The notes: generated from the sequence alone by a model not told the origin. Shown: positions 12,024 to 24,242, counted from the whole stretch's first letter. The stretch is 63,532 bases of DNA, filler included, from Rhabdomonas costata (GCA_019059605.1; 27 parts of 27 records of this genome joined end to end with filler, not necessarily neighbours in it), one strand, 5' to 3'. Numbers and translations are program-made.

Positions 12024-14031
12024 GTGCAGGTGCTAGCCTCGATGGCAGAGGAGCGTGCAGGTTTCGCTGGTCGGCTTGCGTCAGCGGAGGCCTCCGCACA
12101 GGATCATGCGGCGAAGGTGCCTCTTTCATTTGACTTGCATGGTACTGCCCATACAAAAAACGCCACTGGTTGCTTTTAAAATGATGTATGCGCTCCTAGC
12201 TGGCCAGAAAGAGTGTCTTATGTTCCTACTACATAAATTGTACGTGTATGACTATGCCGCAACAGCGCTGTCTTAAAGTAACACGTCAGTAGAGGCTCTG
12301 AACCCAGCACAAATCATCTGATGGCGAAGCCGTCCCCCCATTTTTTCATGCCCAACTTCAAAAAGACTCCGACTTGCACTGCTGAAATTTGTACCTTCTA
12401 AGATCAATATTGTCAGGGGTAACGTTCCCTGAGATTTTGGTCACCGCTTGAAATGGTACGTATTTGTTGAATTCTTTCTTGTGGAGTCAGCGATGCGCTG
12501 TATATTCCTGCTTCTTCTTGCTGCTCTCCGGTGGTTTCTGTCGGGCAGTGCAGAGTTCAGCAGCACCCCCCCCCCCCCTCCTGTGTTGAAACGAAAAAGC
12601 GGCCTGGGCTGAAGGGATCCTTTAAATACGTGGAAATACCACGTGTAATTGCCAGTGAGAATTTCCACAAATGCGAGAGAGAGTGTGCGTGTGTGTGGTG
12701 AGGATCAGACCAAGGTAATGACTCTCTTACTTTTGGGGCACTGTCGCACTGTGGCATTGTGGCGCAGAAAACAGCGTTGTCTATCTGTGCGGGAGAGCGC
12801 ATATCGTTGGTTCCTCCTTTGAAAGTCCACTTGAGCCGTACGTTTTGGGCGCTTTGCAGTCAAGCGACGCGCAGAGGGAGGTGGAGGAGCTGCAACTGAA
12901 GATTCAGTCGATGGAGAAGCAGCTTCAGAAGTGCGTTCCTCTCTTTCTTGGATGTATATGCGCATGTTTCTCGAGTGCCCCCTTCTCTTCGACTTTTGCG
13001 GCGGAGGTCGAGAGCGAACTGTATTTCAAGTGCTCATGGGAGAGAGAAAGACATATAGCCCAGAGTACACTTCTCGTTTGATGAATGTCGATGTCAAGGA
13101 TCCTTGCTGGACCACCCTCTCTGTCCATGACCTTTCTTACCCGCCCTGTTCTTTTGATTGGAGATTGAAGGTGTTGACGTATGAAGTGGAGGATGTGGTT
13201 GAGAGGGAAAGCTTGCTCGTGATTTGGAGCTTTTGGGATGAATGGGTTTGAAGTAGTTGGTAGATGTGTAACAGCCGCATTGGAAGAAGTTGCTGCTTGT
13301 AGCGGTAATGTCGCTGCACCAATAGTACGAACCTGTACTGCAGGAGTGTCGTAACGGTGGATGTGGTTTTGTGTCTTCTTGGTTCCCCTTTTCTCCGTAG
13401 TGCTGCTGAGCGCGAGCTCCTGTTCGAAGAGATAAGGCAGCAGCACGAGGCTCACGCGGGGGAAGAGGAACGCCTTGACACTTTGTTGCGGTATGCTTGT
13501 AGCACAGCAAAAAAATTTTTGCCGTTGATCTGAAGGGTGGGGGTGGGGTGAGGGGCAATAACCGCCAGTATTTGGTCATCTGATAGCTGATAGCTACATC
13601 TGCTCGCTTTTTTCCTCTTTCGATGGGGAACATGCTCAGTTCATCTAACCCTCTGCTGCCCAACTGCTTTCTGAACGTTTACTGAACCTCCTTGCAGAAA
13701 AGCGGAACCCCACACATCTCACACGGTACACAAGATGAATGGTTGAGTGGTGAATGCTCTGGCGTCCTCTTGGCTCTGGTCGGGATAAAGGAGGTCAATG
13801 GGAAGCCGGGAGAATATCTTGCCATTCCCCCCGTTCTTTGCTGGTGTTCTTTCAGTCGGTTAAGGTTACAGGTCGATTTTGTGTGGATCACCCTTATATT
13901 TTGACAGGAAACTGGAGCACATGGAGCAATTGGAAGGAGTCGAGAGTCAGCGGGACATGGCCATGGCCGAGCTGCTGCAGTGCCAACAGGCTCATGCCGT
14001 GTCTCAAGAGCAGCTGACCAAGCGGCTTGAA
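12024..14031 (+). CDS. Coiled-coil protein, 4 internal exons
   Basis: Exons 12024-12116, 12860-12930, 13401-13490 and 13908-14031 (GT-AG, phases 0/2/2) give an E/Q/L/A-rich heptad sequence (AQREVEELQLKIQSMEKQLQN..KLEHMEQLEGVESQRDMAMAEL). Confidence 0.8.
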
Positions 14032-14853
14032 GTGTCTCCCCCTGTCTTTTCGCCACCACACCNNNNNNNNNNNNNNNNNNNNNNNNNNNNNNNNNNNNNN
14101 NNNNNNTTAATTAATTAANNNNNNNNNNNNNNNNNNNNNNNNNNNNNNNNNNNNNNNNNNNNTGTGTTTTTTCGCGTGTGTTCACTCTCTGGTGATCGCT
14201 ATTCACCTTTGAAAGCACGTTGCTAATTAGCCTTTTCGTTCCTCTTTCCAGTCTTTATGATCCTGCGTGTTAATTCAATTCGCGCTCGCTTCCGCTTCAA
14301 CACTTGTCAATTAAAATGCGAAGTCTCCATACTCGAATATCATGATGTGACTGTTGGTGGCGCCACTCCATAGACGCGATTTTATATTGTGGGGTTGAGG
14401 CGTGGAAAAAGTCAAAGCTGGTTGTGTATTGTGCACGGTGTCTGTGTACTACCCGCTCTTTCCGAGCTCCTGAAGCAACAAACGCACAAAATCCGGACTC
14501 TCATGCACCGGTAAGAGGCAATTAGTACTCACAAGAACGCTGGAACCCACATTCCAAGTTGGAGCGTACGCTCCCGCACTGCAGCACCGTCCGACGGTAG
14601 GTGCTGCACTTGGGTGGAACTGCAATTCGAGAACAAATGGGGCGATGTCGCCCGTGTGGAAGGCATACTACGTGTAAAAACCGGCTAGGTTGGTGGTCGC
14701 GAGATGAGAATGGCCAGACCTTGCGTTCGAGACTATTTTACCGTCTCTTTAGTCGGGTATAGTAGCAGTTGGGGGGAGGGAGTGGTGACTGTCTGGCTTG
14801 CGGGGCTTGGCCGTGCCTGTTCGTGCCTGTTCCGGTGCCCACCCTCTCCGCAG

Positions 14854-15148
14854 GTTTGTCACGCTGTTCAGCAAGAGCATCCCTTTGGACGTGGCGATGC
14901 GGCTGTGGGACCTGTTCTTCCTGGACAGTGGATACCTGTACCGCGGCGCCTTGGCCATCCTGAGCTACTTCGGACCCATTCTGCTGCAGTCGGGCTTCGA
15001 CGAGGCCCTAGAGCTGCTCACACACCTCCCCCCGCAGTGGGACGTCGCAGAATTCTTCCACCACCTCCACCGCTTGCACGTCTCTCGGAAGAAGATCCGC
15101 GCAGTGTTCGCTCACGCCCAGCGAATCGCCCCCGACCGCTTCGGCTGA
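14854..15148 (+). CDS. TBC-domain Rab GTPase-activating protein, terminal exon
   Basis: CAG acceptor, then FVTLFSKSIPLDVAMRLWDLFFLDSGYLYRGALAIL..*, the C-terminal TBC motif WxxTLF..LPLD...R(I/L)WDxFF (TBC1D12/14-like). Confidence 0.9.
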
Positions 15149-15885
15149 GAGGCGCTCTTCTTCTCTTCGTCGTGCCCCTGTCATCATGTGTCAGCCCTCT
15201 GTATTGCATTGGGAGGCTAGCGCCACCTCTGGACCTGACCTCCCTGGGCAGTTCCCGGGAGGTGTCGGAGGATTGACATCTGTTGCGTGCCTGAGGCCCT
15301 TCCCTGCCTAGCTATGGCCTGGTATAGGGCTTCAGTCCTTTCACCCTTCCTTCCACCTTGACCTATTTGGCTGGTGACCTTGTGTACAGCGTCGGTGGGG
15401 CACTTGGCTGCCCCTTCTCTGTTGCGTGTTTGCTTGTGTTTCGAATCTGTGTTCGTCGCGTGATCCGCGTTTGCTGCGTTCCCTCGGGGAGAATTTCCGT
15501 GGATCTTCGGAACACCCAGCTTTCATGAACTGCGGAATTCTGGAGTCACGCTGTTTATGACGGATGTCTTTGAGTTGAACGGCGTCTCAAAATCCCACTG
15601 GCGCAAGTCAGCACCCAGTGCGACAGCTGTAACTGTGTGCTGACTGGGGTGCTGTGTGTTTGCTGGTTACCGCTTTGTGGAATGCAACTTAGGAGATTTT
15701 TTTTGGCCGCTTTGCCTTTCGCAACGTTGAGCACATATTTCATCTGCGACTTTAATGGTCTCCTCCCAGAATTTTGGGGCAGGTGTCACCTTCTGTACTG
15801 GGTTGTTCGTGGACACTTGTTGTCCATGCCACGTCTGGCTTTCTGCAGTTCTTCTGGTTCTGTTATTCCGCACCTGTTGTCGTTG

Positions 15886-15949
15886 ATGGCGCTGCATTAT
15901 GCTGCCCGGCGAGGCGATGTACAAGAGCTTCAGCGGTTACTGCGCGAAG
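15886..15949 (+). CDS. Ankyrin-repeat protein, probable first exon
   Basis: MALHYAARRGDVQELQRLLREG followed by a phase-1 GT donor; ankyrin consensus LHxAAxxG. Confidence 0.7.
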
Positions 15950-16699
15950 GTGCATTTCTTCCATGTTAACAGGCCTAAGGATGACACGAGACGCATTTTG
16001 ATGCGGTTGTTCATTTTTAATTCGAAGCGATGAACAGCCGCAAGTTTTTGGTTCAAATGCAAAAGCATTGCAACTCAAGGCTTCTTCATCTGTCTCATCC
16101 AGCGTGTAATACCTCGGAAGCTGGTGATGCTTCCTCGATGCAAACAAATCCACACCCCACCACAACCCACACCCCACACCCCACCACACCCCATAAAAAT
16201 GGTCGGCTCCATCCTTACTTCCTCCTCTGGTCCAAAGCTTGGACAAGGAATCTGCCCATACAACCTTGGCAATACCACTTCACCATAACGATCCCTTTTT
16301 CGTCCTCTCCCAACACAACAGACAACTCGTGTCCGTCCTCTGACGGCACTTCTTCTGTCTCGCTGTGGGGCCTCAAGGGTCCCTCTCCCTCATCTCCTGT
16401 CGGAGAACTCTCACTCACCCTNNNNNNNNNNNNNNNNNNNNNNNNNNNNNNNNNNNNNNNNNNNNTTAATTAATTAANNNNNNNNNNNNNNNNNNNNNNN
16501 NNNNNNNNNNNNNNNNNNNNNGTTTGTGGGTAGAAGATATGAAGGACTTTTGCAGGCCTTCAGATCCAGTTGCAATTATTTATGCCACAGGCACCTTGGG
16601 TGCACATTTTTGCGCCATGTCACGTCTTTACAGACTGGAAAGAGTTTGCAGAAGCGCTGAAGAGGCTGTGTGCACAGACGTGTGACTACAAGTTAGTGT

Positions 16700-18779
16700 G
16701 GACGTCAGGAGCGAATGAGATGATGCGAATGAGCGAACAAGGAACGAACGAGCTGATGCGAGTGAGTGACTGTATCTGTGAGTGTACCGACCTATGTCGT
16801 GGAACTAACCACGCTTTCTCTCTTTTTCCTCTTCATCTTATTCGGTGAGCGTACCACCCGTCAGCGGTGGGGAGCGAAAATCTCACGTGGAGGAATGATG
16901 CGAGGCACCGATCATCATGAAGACCCTTTGAGTTCAACATTACGAGCGGAGCGACCGTAACGCAGTGGAGGGAGCGTAGCAAGAGCGTCACCGAAGGCGG
17001 TCTTCCTCTTCCTCTTCTCTTCTTCTAGGGCCCCACGAACGCAGTTAGTGGGGATAGAGAGTGGAATGATGTACGTAGCGTAAGCGTAGGACATCCTGAC
17101 AAGCATCTTCTATACATGTCACTCCTCCCACTCCCCCACCACAAAGTGCGTACGTGGGATCCGTCCGGGCGTAGCCACACGAGAATAGATGGTACGGATT
17201 GGATGTCGAGAGCATCGAGGCATCCACGCAGTAGTGAGTAGGAGTCACGCAGCGTAGCGGAGTAGTAGTAGAAAAAGGAACACCTCAAGGCATTCTTTAA
17301 CTCACTCACTCTCTTCACTCAAAGGATGGTTGAAGGGTTGAAGGCACGGAGCATGCAGTGACGGAGTGGCGCATGCGGAGTAGGAAGGCACCTGCTGTAG
17401 AGGAAGTAACCTGGTATGAATGTTGAAACTTACGCTCTACTTCACCAACCCTCACACCAACCCTCCAACATCCTCAACCCAACCTCCACTCCAGAAACGC
17501 ATTCAACATCCTGACAACAACATGCACTTACCAAGCCCTTGCAACATCCTGACATCCAACCACCATGAGGCCATAAATTCACACATCGTACCCTCGACAC
17601 CCCAGGGGTTCGTACGACGTACGACGGTCCGAACCCGACCAGCATAGACCCAAGAAGGGGCCCCACGATCGTCAGGGAGTGGGGATACAGGACGAAGGAG
17701 CGCAGCGACTGAGGACGTAAAGGATAGAGGTATGAACGCAGTGAATGCCGACAAGATAACACGAGCGTAGCGAGTAGGAGTGACTGAGCGTAAGCGCGTA
17801 GCGGTGGAGCGATGGAACCATCATGCATAGGGAGTGAGAGACCGGAACGCAGTGGAGGGATCTCACGACCGGCAAAAAAACACCCTTAGCCCCTCAATAC
17901 CCCTAGCTATGTACTCAGCTTGACTTCAGCCCTGTCACCCTGCGGGGCCTTTACGCTTAGAGGGTAGCAGGAACGAAGCATGTGTGCGTAAGCGATCCAT
18001 GCGTAGTAGAGTAGAAGGAGTGGTTGTTGGAGTGCCACCGGCAGGTAGGGGGGTCATCTTTCTTTCAGAGTCATGCTGAGTTACTGCATTCTTCACTCAT
18101 AATCATGCTGATACCCCTACCCTTTACCCTTAGACTCACCACACGCATCGACCCAACGACCCTCTGACACACCAACCCCTGACAACCCTACGCCTCGAGA
18201 ACATACAGCATCATGACACCTAACTACAGCCCTTCACCACATCAGCAACACACAGACCCTGCGACCTTGAACCCCACGACCCTCACAAACACACCCCAAG
18301 ACACCCTCTGAGACGGAAACACACACAGCATGACACTCAGCTTGACATCGCACAACACCCTCCATACGACTGACCCTGACCTTCGAGACACAAACGCACT
18401 GACCCTGACCCTCCAACACAAACACACCCTACGACTCAGCTTGACATCAGACACAACCTCACCCTTACGCTTAGCCTAACCCTCACACTCCACCAACTCC
18501 CTCACACCAGCAGCAGGAACCCTAACACAAGAAGCAGACACAGGAAGCATAGCACAAGCACTAACATGAACCGGTACACCCTACGCATCAAGAACAGAGA
18601 CAGAACCTGATTCAGAAACAGGGAGCATGGTTGACGAGACACCAAGATGCAGCAGCCCACAGCAAGCACAGCACACACTAACCCTAGCGACTACGACAAC
18701 GACACCACGACAGCAAGTCCAGCAAACAGAGCAACAGAACCCAAGCATCCACCCACATCAGCAACCACAAGGCCCAACA
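16700..18779. repeat. Gene-free, strand-asymmetric region of short degenerate repeats and GNA mini-hairpins
   Basis: Recurrent GCGTAGC and ACGCAGT, ACTCAGCTTGAC (x3), ACATCCTGACA (x3) and ACTGACCCTGACC (x2). Purine-rich blocks alternate with C/A-rich blocks; no splice-bounded exon. Confidence 0.7.
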
Positions 18780-18913
18780 NNNNNNNNNNNNNNNNNNNNN
18801 NNNNNNNNNNNNNNNNNNNNNNNTTAATTAATTAANNNNNNNNNNNNNNNNNNNNNNNNNNNNNNNNNNNNNNNNNNNNTGTGGTGGGTGCGGTTGGTTG
18901 GGGGGGGGTGGCG

Positions 18914-19018
18914 ATGACGCTGACGACGTCCACGGTGATGGAGCCCTGCGTGAGCCTGTCCTCGGTCGTGCTGACGCCCGCACATAAGCCCGAGGATCTC
19001 AAAGTCGACGAATACTAA
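18914..19018 (+). CDS. Possible terminal exon fragment of an unknown protein
   Basis: GC3-rich frame ..SSVVLTPAHKPEDLKVDEY* followed by T-rich UTR-like sequence. The 5' side is cut by the contig start. Confidence 0.3.
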   Translation: MTLTTSTVMEPCVSLSSVVLTPAHKPEDLKVDEY

Positions 19019-20462
19019 AGGGCTGAGCTTTCGCAGCCGTTTTTTATGAGTGTTATTGTTTGTTTGTGCTCTGCCTTTGGTGCTCCCAAGCTCTCGCTCG
19101 GTCTTTTGGGGTCTTTCTTTTGCTTTCTACGTTGTGTGGATGGCCTGTTTAATGAACAGCTGTGTGGGGGCGGGCATTCTAGGGAAGGGGGGTCGCTCAC
19201 CCCGCTTGAGGCTTGAGGTCCTGTTTTCTGAGGCCTTCTACTGAGGTGTTCGTAAAGCCGGGCCCATGCCCACGGAAGCGTCCTTGCAATCGTGGTGTGC
19301 TTCACCCCATGGCGGTGACAGACTGCTGTGCCGACTGGCTCCACCGCCTGGGCTGATAATTTTTGGTGTAGTTTTTGCACTGTGGTCTCTCTCTGAGTGT
19401 GTGTGAGGGCATGCGAGGGTGATTGCTTTTGGTTGCGCGGGCAAAGCGTTACTGTGGGTGCACACTGCGTGTTCGGGTTTGGTGTTTTGATGTGTGTGTT
19501 GGGGAAGGGGGTGCTACCGTCCCAAGACCCTGCGTTCCCTCGTGGCACAAACACGACAGGCAAGGAGTAACCCAATGGCGGCTATTTCCTGTCTGGTTGT
19601 GCTCCCTCTCAAGTTTTCGGCAGGCTGCAGGTTTATGGTTTGTCTTTTTCTCCTCCCCTCCGTCCTGCCCATTGTCCTGTGGGCCAAGCATTGGTGCGTT
19701 GGGGTTTCAACAATTGGATGGGTTTCTTTTTCTTTTTGCATTTTCTCCATTTTTGGATCCAACGCCGGTTGGGGGGGGGGGACAAAAAGGTGTGCTTTGG
19801 TCCGACATGGTGGTCCGTAGAGCACCCGTACATTCGCTGTTTAAAAAGATGTGCTTCGATTAACTGCTGATAGACATCACAATCATTCCGCTACCACATT
19901 CCATTGCTTTTGAGTAGCTTTTCTTTTCATCGCTTACCTTCGGGTGCACAGGTACACAGGTTTATTTTGCATCCTCTGTCTGGTCCCCTCCCTGAGGGGT
20001 GTGAGGTGGTGTGTGAGCATTTGCACATCTCCACACTCCACCGCGTGGAGGTCCCAATCTGTGATATTGAGTCTGTATGTGCGCCGACAAATGGGGTACC
20101 TGAGTAGCTGTTGGGGATCGGTCCCACGTGGGACACTCTTATGTTCGTGGCCCCTAGCGGCTGGTGTGCGGTGGCGCCAGCCCCTCCTCTTTGTCCTCTG
20201 TGGAGGGCGAGGGAGGGGCAGAGTCCCCGTATTCTCTCGTGGCAGCTGCCTGATGATGGCTATTTCGTGTGTGGGTGTGCCACTGAAGCATTTCCGGAGG
20301 CTGCATCGTTACACAGGAGAGGTTTTCCGCTGAACCTTTCCTTGGCATATATTTTTCACTCCTTCCGCGGTTGATCTCTCGCACGAAAAGTGTGCAGTAG
20401 TCCACACCCCCACTTTTTGGGGTGCCAGTCACTGATGTGTCCCAGTTTGACTGATTGGATAG

Positions 20463-21012
20463 GGTTATTTTTCTTCCCTTTTCTCTCTTTTGGAGCCGTG
20501 CCGATCCAGCTCCGGTTGGGTGAGGTGGGGCAAAAAGTGCATTGGTCATTGGTCCTGGCAGTACTGTCTCGAGAGAACCCCTACCTTCGCTGATGAGCTT
20601 CGACGACCTGCCAGAGAGACCTCTCTCAATCATTCCGTGCTCAATTCTCGTCTTTTTGAGTGGCTGTTTTCATTTCGTCACTCCACTTCCAGTGCACAAA
20701 AAGTTCCGTTTTTGCCCCTCGATTGTGGATCCCCCTCCATGGGCCCCGCCCTGAGGGGTCTGCGGTGGTGTTTGAGCAATTGCACATCTCCACAACGTTT
20801 GAAAGTTTAGGATGGGATTATTTTTCTTCCCTTTGTCTTTTTGGAGCCGTGCCGATCCAACTCCGGTTGGGTGGGGTGGGGTAGAAAGTCATTGGTCCCG
20901 GCAGTACTGTCTCGAGAGAACCCCTACCTTCGCTGATGAGCTTCGACGACCTGCCAGAGAGACCTCTCACAATCATTCCGTGCTCTATTCTCGTCTTTTT
21001 GAGTGGCTGTTT
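20463..21012 (+). repeat. Direct repeat of about 200 bp (20463-20670 and 20815-21012) with a third diverged copy at about 19715-19890
   Basis: Near-identical TTTGGAGCCGTGCCGATCCA..GGCAGTACTGTCTCGAGAGAACCCCTACCTTCGCTGATGAGCTTCGACGACCTGCCAGAGAGACC..GAGTGGCTGTTTT. A second motif, CCTGAGGGGT..GCACATCTCCACA, occurs at about 19990 and 20750. Confidence 0.9.
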
Positions 21013-21939
21013 TGATTTCTTCCACCCCACTTCACTTCTGGCGCACGGAGCGTTTTGTATTTGTCTTTCGCATCCTCTCTCTCTGTCTCTCTGTCGTCAT
21101 CTCTCTCTGCTTCTTGGTGCGCACCTCCCCCCACCCNNNNNNNNNNNNNNNNNNNNNNNNNNNNNNNNNNNNNNNNNNNNTTAATTAATTAANNNNNNNN
21201 NNNNNNNNNNNNNNNNNNNNNNNNNNNNNNNNNNNNTTGTGGGCTGGGTGGAGAAAGCCCTCAAGGTGCGCATCGGGTCCTAGTCGAAGTGGATTGCGTG
21301 TGGGTCGGTACCGCCCCATGTAATGAATTGCAGAGCTGGCGGGTTCTTCGGTTTTGAATGTTGCGCGCTCTTGGCCCACAACCCCATTCGCCCGATGCCA
21401 TATCATGCCATCTATCGCATTTGGCCTTGCTCCTCCGACCGAGTTGGCGGCTCGTTCATTGTTTCTGGGATTTGGGGGTGTCGTGAGATGCACGGGAATT
21501 GGGGCATGCTCCGCTCCCCTCACAGGACCTGAAGGGCCTATTGGATGAGGTTTTGATGACGAAGGCGGGAGGATGCAAAACATCGATAACTTGACAACCG
21601 CGGTTAGGATGGCCGTCTTGGGCAGCAACAGCTGCGCTAGCTGCGTCCCAGCAAATGTCATCAAGCAAGATCTCACGGCGCAGAACGACAATGGCTTTGT
21701 TCGGACACGGGACCTTGGGATGGAAGGTGGAGAAGAGTGAGCATACCCCGGTCTCAATCACGCCTCTTATATTCCAGCACAGTGGAAGTATTGGTGCAGA
21801 TCTCAAAAGAAGCGAAAAGAAACATCTCACCGAGAGAAGTGCGGAGCCGGATTTCCCTCAACACAGAGGTAACCGGAATGTTACCAGCGATCCAGTTATT
21901 TTCTTTTGCTTAGTTTTTGATGCCGCTTTCCTCGAAAAG

Positions 21940-22961
21940 GTGGAGCAAGTCATGAATGGAACGAACAGCGGGCTCATCGATACTCTTGACAAGTCCCTGA
22001 ATATCCTGCGCGACATGATCGACGGTGTGTTTCTGACTGGTTTTTTCATTTTGCTCTTTCTATTTGCTTTGCATTCAAGTGTAGGTTGCGCATTTGATGT
22101 ACCGGTAGTCTGTTTCCTTCGTCTGTGTTTTTTTTCTCTATTATGTCCAAAGAGGTCAACAGGTGCACTGAAATAAAATTTTCCTCTTATGACTATAGGG
22201 AAGGCCAACGTCTCTGACCTGATGAAGATCCAGGAGGTGCTTGTGGCAGAAAAGAAAGATGACGAGATTCCCGAGGGCCTGGCAGGTGTGTGCGTATATA
22301 TGTGTGTGGGTTAAGACTTAAGACTTCCTCTTGTTTGTGCGTGCACAGATGTGTGCATGTGAGACCGGGGCGTATTGTCTGTCACAAGTGTCTTCCTAGC
22401 CTGGACCCTGGCGTCTCCTTGTATCGCATGCGTGCCCCCCCCCCCTTCGTGCCTTGCCTTGCTGAGCTGTAGCTGTAGCTTGGTGCCGTGATTGGATCGT
22501 CCAGGGACGAAGCTCTGTTCTCCGTTGTGTGAGTCCTGGGTGAACGATATCGAGGGAGGGGGTGTCCTTGTTCTGCATTATCATCCCTCATTGCCAAAGC
22601 CAGTACGCACGATAATATCCCCGGGACTGTGCGCACACGCACAGACCTCCGAAAACCTGCAGGAGACATTGCACTTTGCTCTGCCGTTTGCGTTCCTTGT
22701 TTTGGATCGAGATTGGGTAGTTGGAAGGTGGACTTAGTGAACCAAATAGGCTACAGGTTTTATTTGTACCTTTCTCTGTGGGGCGGGACACAGGATATAA
22801 GCAATACCGGTGCCTGTCCTGCAACCGAAAGATGGAGAGCATGCGGCCCAGGCCGATGGGCATGAATTTCGCCAACCTCATCGCCCACCTGCCTAACCCC
22901 CGCAACACAAAGTTCGGGGGGCCCCGACTGGCGGCGTCCCCACCCATGCTAATGCCCCCAG
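21940..22961 (+). CDS. Coiled-coil protein with a CxxC motif, DUF4795 (QRICH2/C16orf96)-like, 3 exons
   Basis: Exons 21940-22024, 22199-22285 and 22794-22961 (phase 1): ..LNILRDMIDGKANVSDLMKIQE..EGLAGYKQYRCLSCNRKM. KA(N/D) followed by CLSC(D/N)R resembles DUF4795 C-termini. The family call is from memory of the motif. Confidence 0.65.
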
Positions 22962-23335
22962 GTCTGCCATGTTTTCTCCTCATCTTTCCGTTTTCAACAT
23001 CTTCGCTTTGAATGCGCAAGACCCTTCAATTCCTTCAACTCGAGTCCAGGGTGGGGCCGTCAGGCTACGGGATGTGTCCGCCTAAAGGTGCTGATGGATA
23101 TGTGAAGGCCATTCTGTGAAGATCAGCGTGGAATTGGTCAACGGATGGGTTGCCTCATCTGTAGTCAATCCATTCAGTGTGGATCTCGTTTTGAGTGTGA
23201 GATAAGGTCGAGGCAGGGCACGGTGGAGTGAGCATTTTCAGCGATGGGCTTCCGGACAATTATGGAGCGCGTCGTTCGTGACCCTGCCATTGCCGAAACG
23301 AACAGTGGAGTATCCTTCCGCTCGCATGGATGTTT

Positions 23336-23488
23336 TTTGCTTCCCGAGTTTGCTGCCCATCAAACCACCCGCAGATTTTGTGCTGTCGCTTGTTCTTTCT
23401 TGCTCCCTAGCAGTTGCATGAGTCAAAAGAACAAGCGACAGCACAAAATCTGCGGGTGATTTGATGGGCAGCAAACTCGGGAAGCAAA
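23336..23488. repeat. Long inverted repeat (63-bp arms, 27-nt loop), MITE/fold-back-like
   Basis: Arm 23336-23398 is the reverse complement of 23426-23488 with one mismatch. Confidence 0.9.
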
Positions 23489-24242
23489 CAACACNNNNNN
23501 NNNNNNNNNNNNNNNNNNNNNNNNNNNNNNNNNNNNNNTTAATTAATTAANNNNNNNNNNNNNNNNNNNNNNNNNNNNNNNNNNNNNNNNNNNNGTGGGG
23601 GGGGCACCGCCGTTTTTATTTCCGTATTCATGCGTTGCAGAGCAATTCAGCCCCACTCAGAATGTTCAGATAGAGTGCAGCGTAGCGAATGAAGGTGACC
23701 AATCTGTGGAGAAGGCCAAGCAAAGCAATGAGTTCCACCCACCCCTCACTGCAAAAACGAAACCTCAATTTTTCCAAAAAGAAAATTGTCTGTTCGCCGC
23801 CGAAAAGTCATAGCTGATGCAATGGCTATCATCATCGCATTCACACAAAAAAGCTACGGCTAGTAACACCCCCAAACTGAAAATTTAGTATGTGAAATTC
23901 TTTTTAGTATTATTATTTAGTTTTTTGGTATGTGACACAAACAGAAGTCGTTTTAGCCTATATTTATGCCAGTGGTCCTTGGCGGCAACCTGTGGTGTGC
24001 CGTGCTTTAAAAAAAACTCTCACTTTACGGTGCAGCCTGATATATAAAATAAAATTGGCGGCCGGCCTGCTCACCACTTTGCAGCCCGAGTGTGTGCGTG
24101 TGTTGTGGGAAGTGCTCTTGGAGCGAACAGTACTCTGGGTTACGCCTTATGCCAGCCTTCTTCCAACGAGTGCTTACGCTGCATTGCGGGCGTAAGGTGT
24201 CAGGGGAGTATGTGTGTGTGTGTTTGTGGGTGGGTGCGTTAC

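Noticed and set aside
20250..20335. TGATGA..CTGA..CTGA, like a box C/D snoRNA
   Set aside because: No terminal stem or recognisable rRNA antisense element, and the paralogous copy near 19575 lacks the boxes.
20590..20612. CTGATGAG hammerhead core in the duplicated unit
   Set aside because: Not followed by stem II and GAAA.
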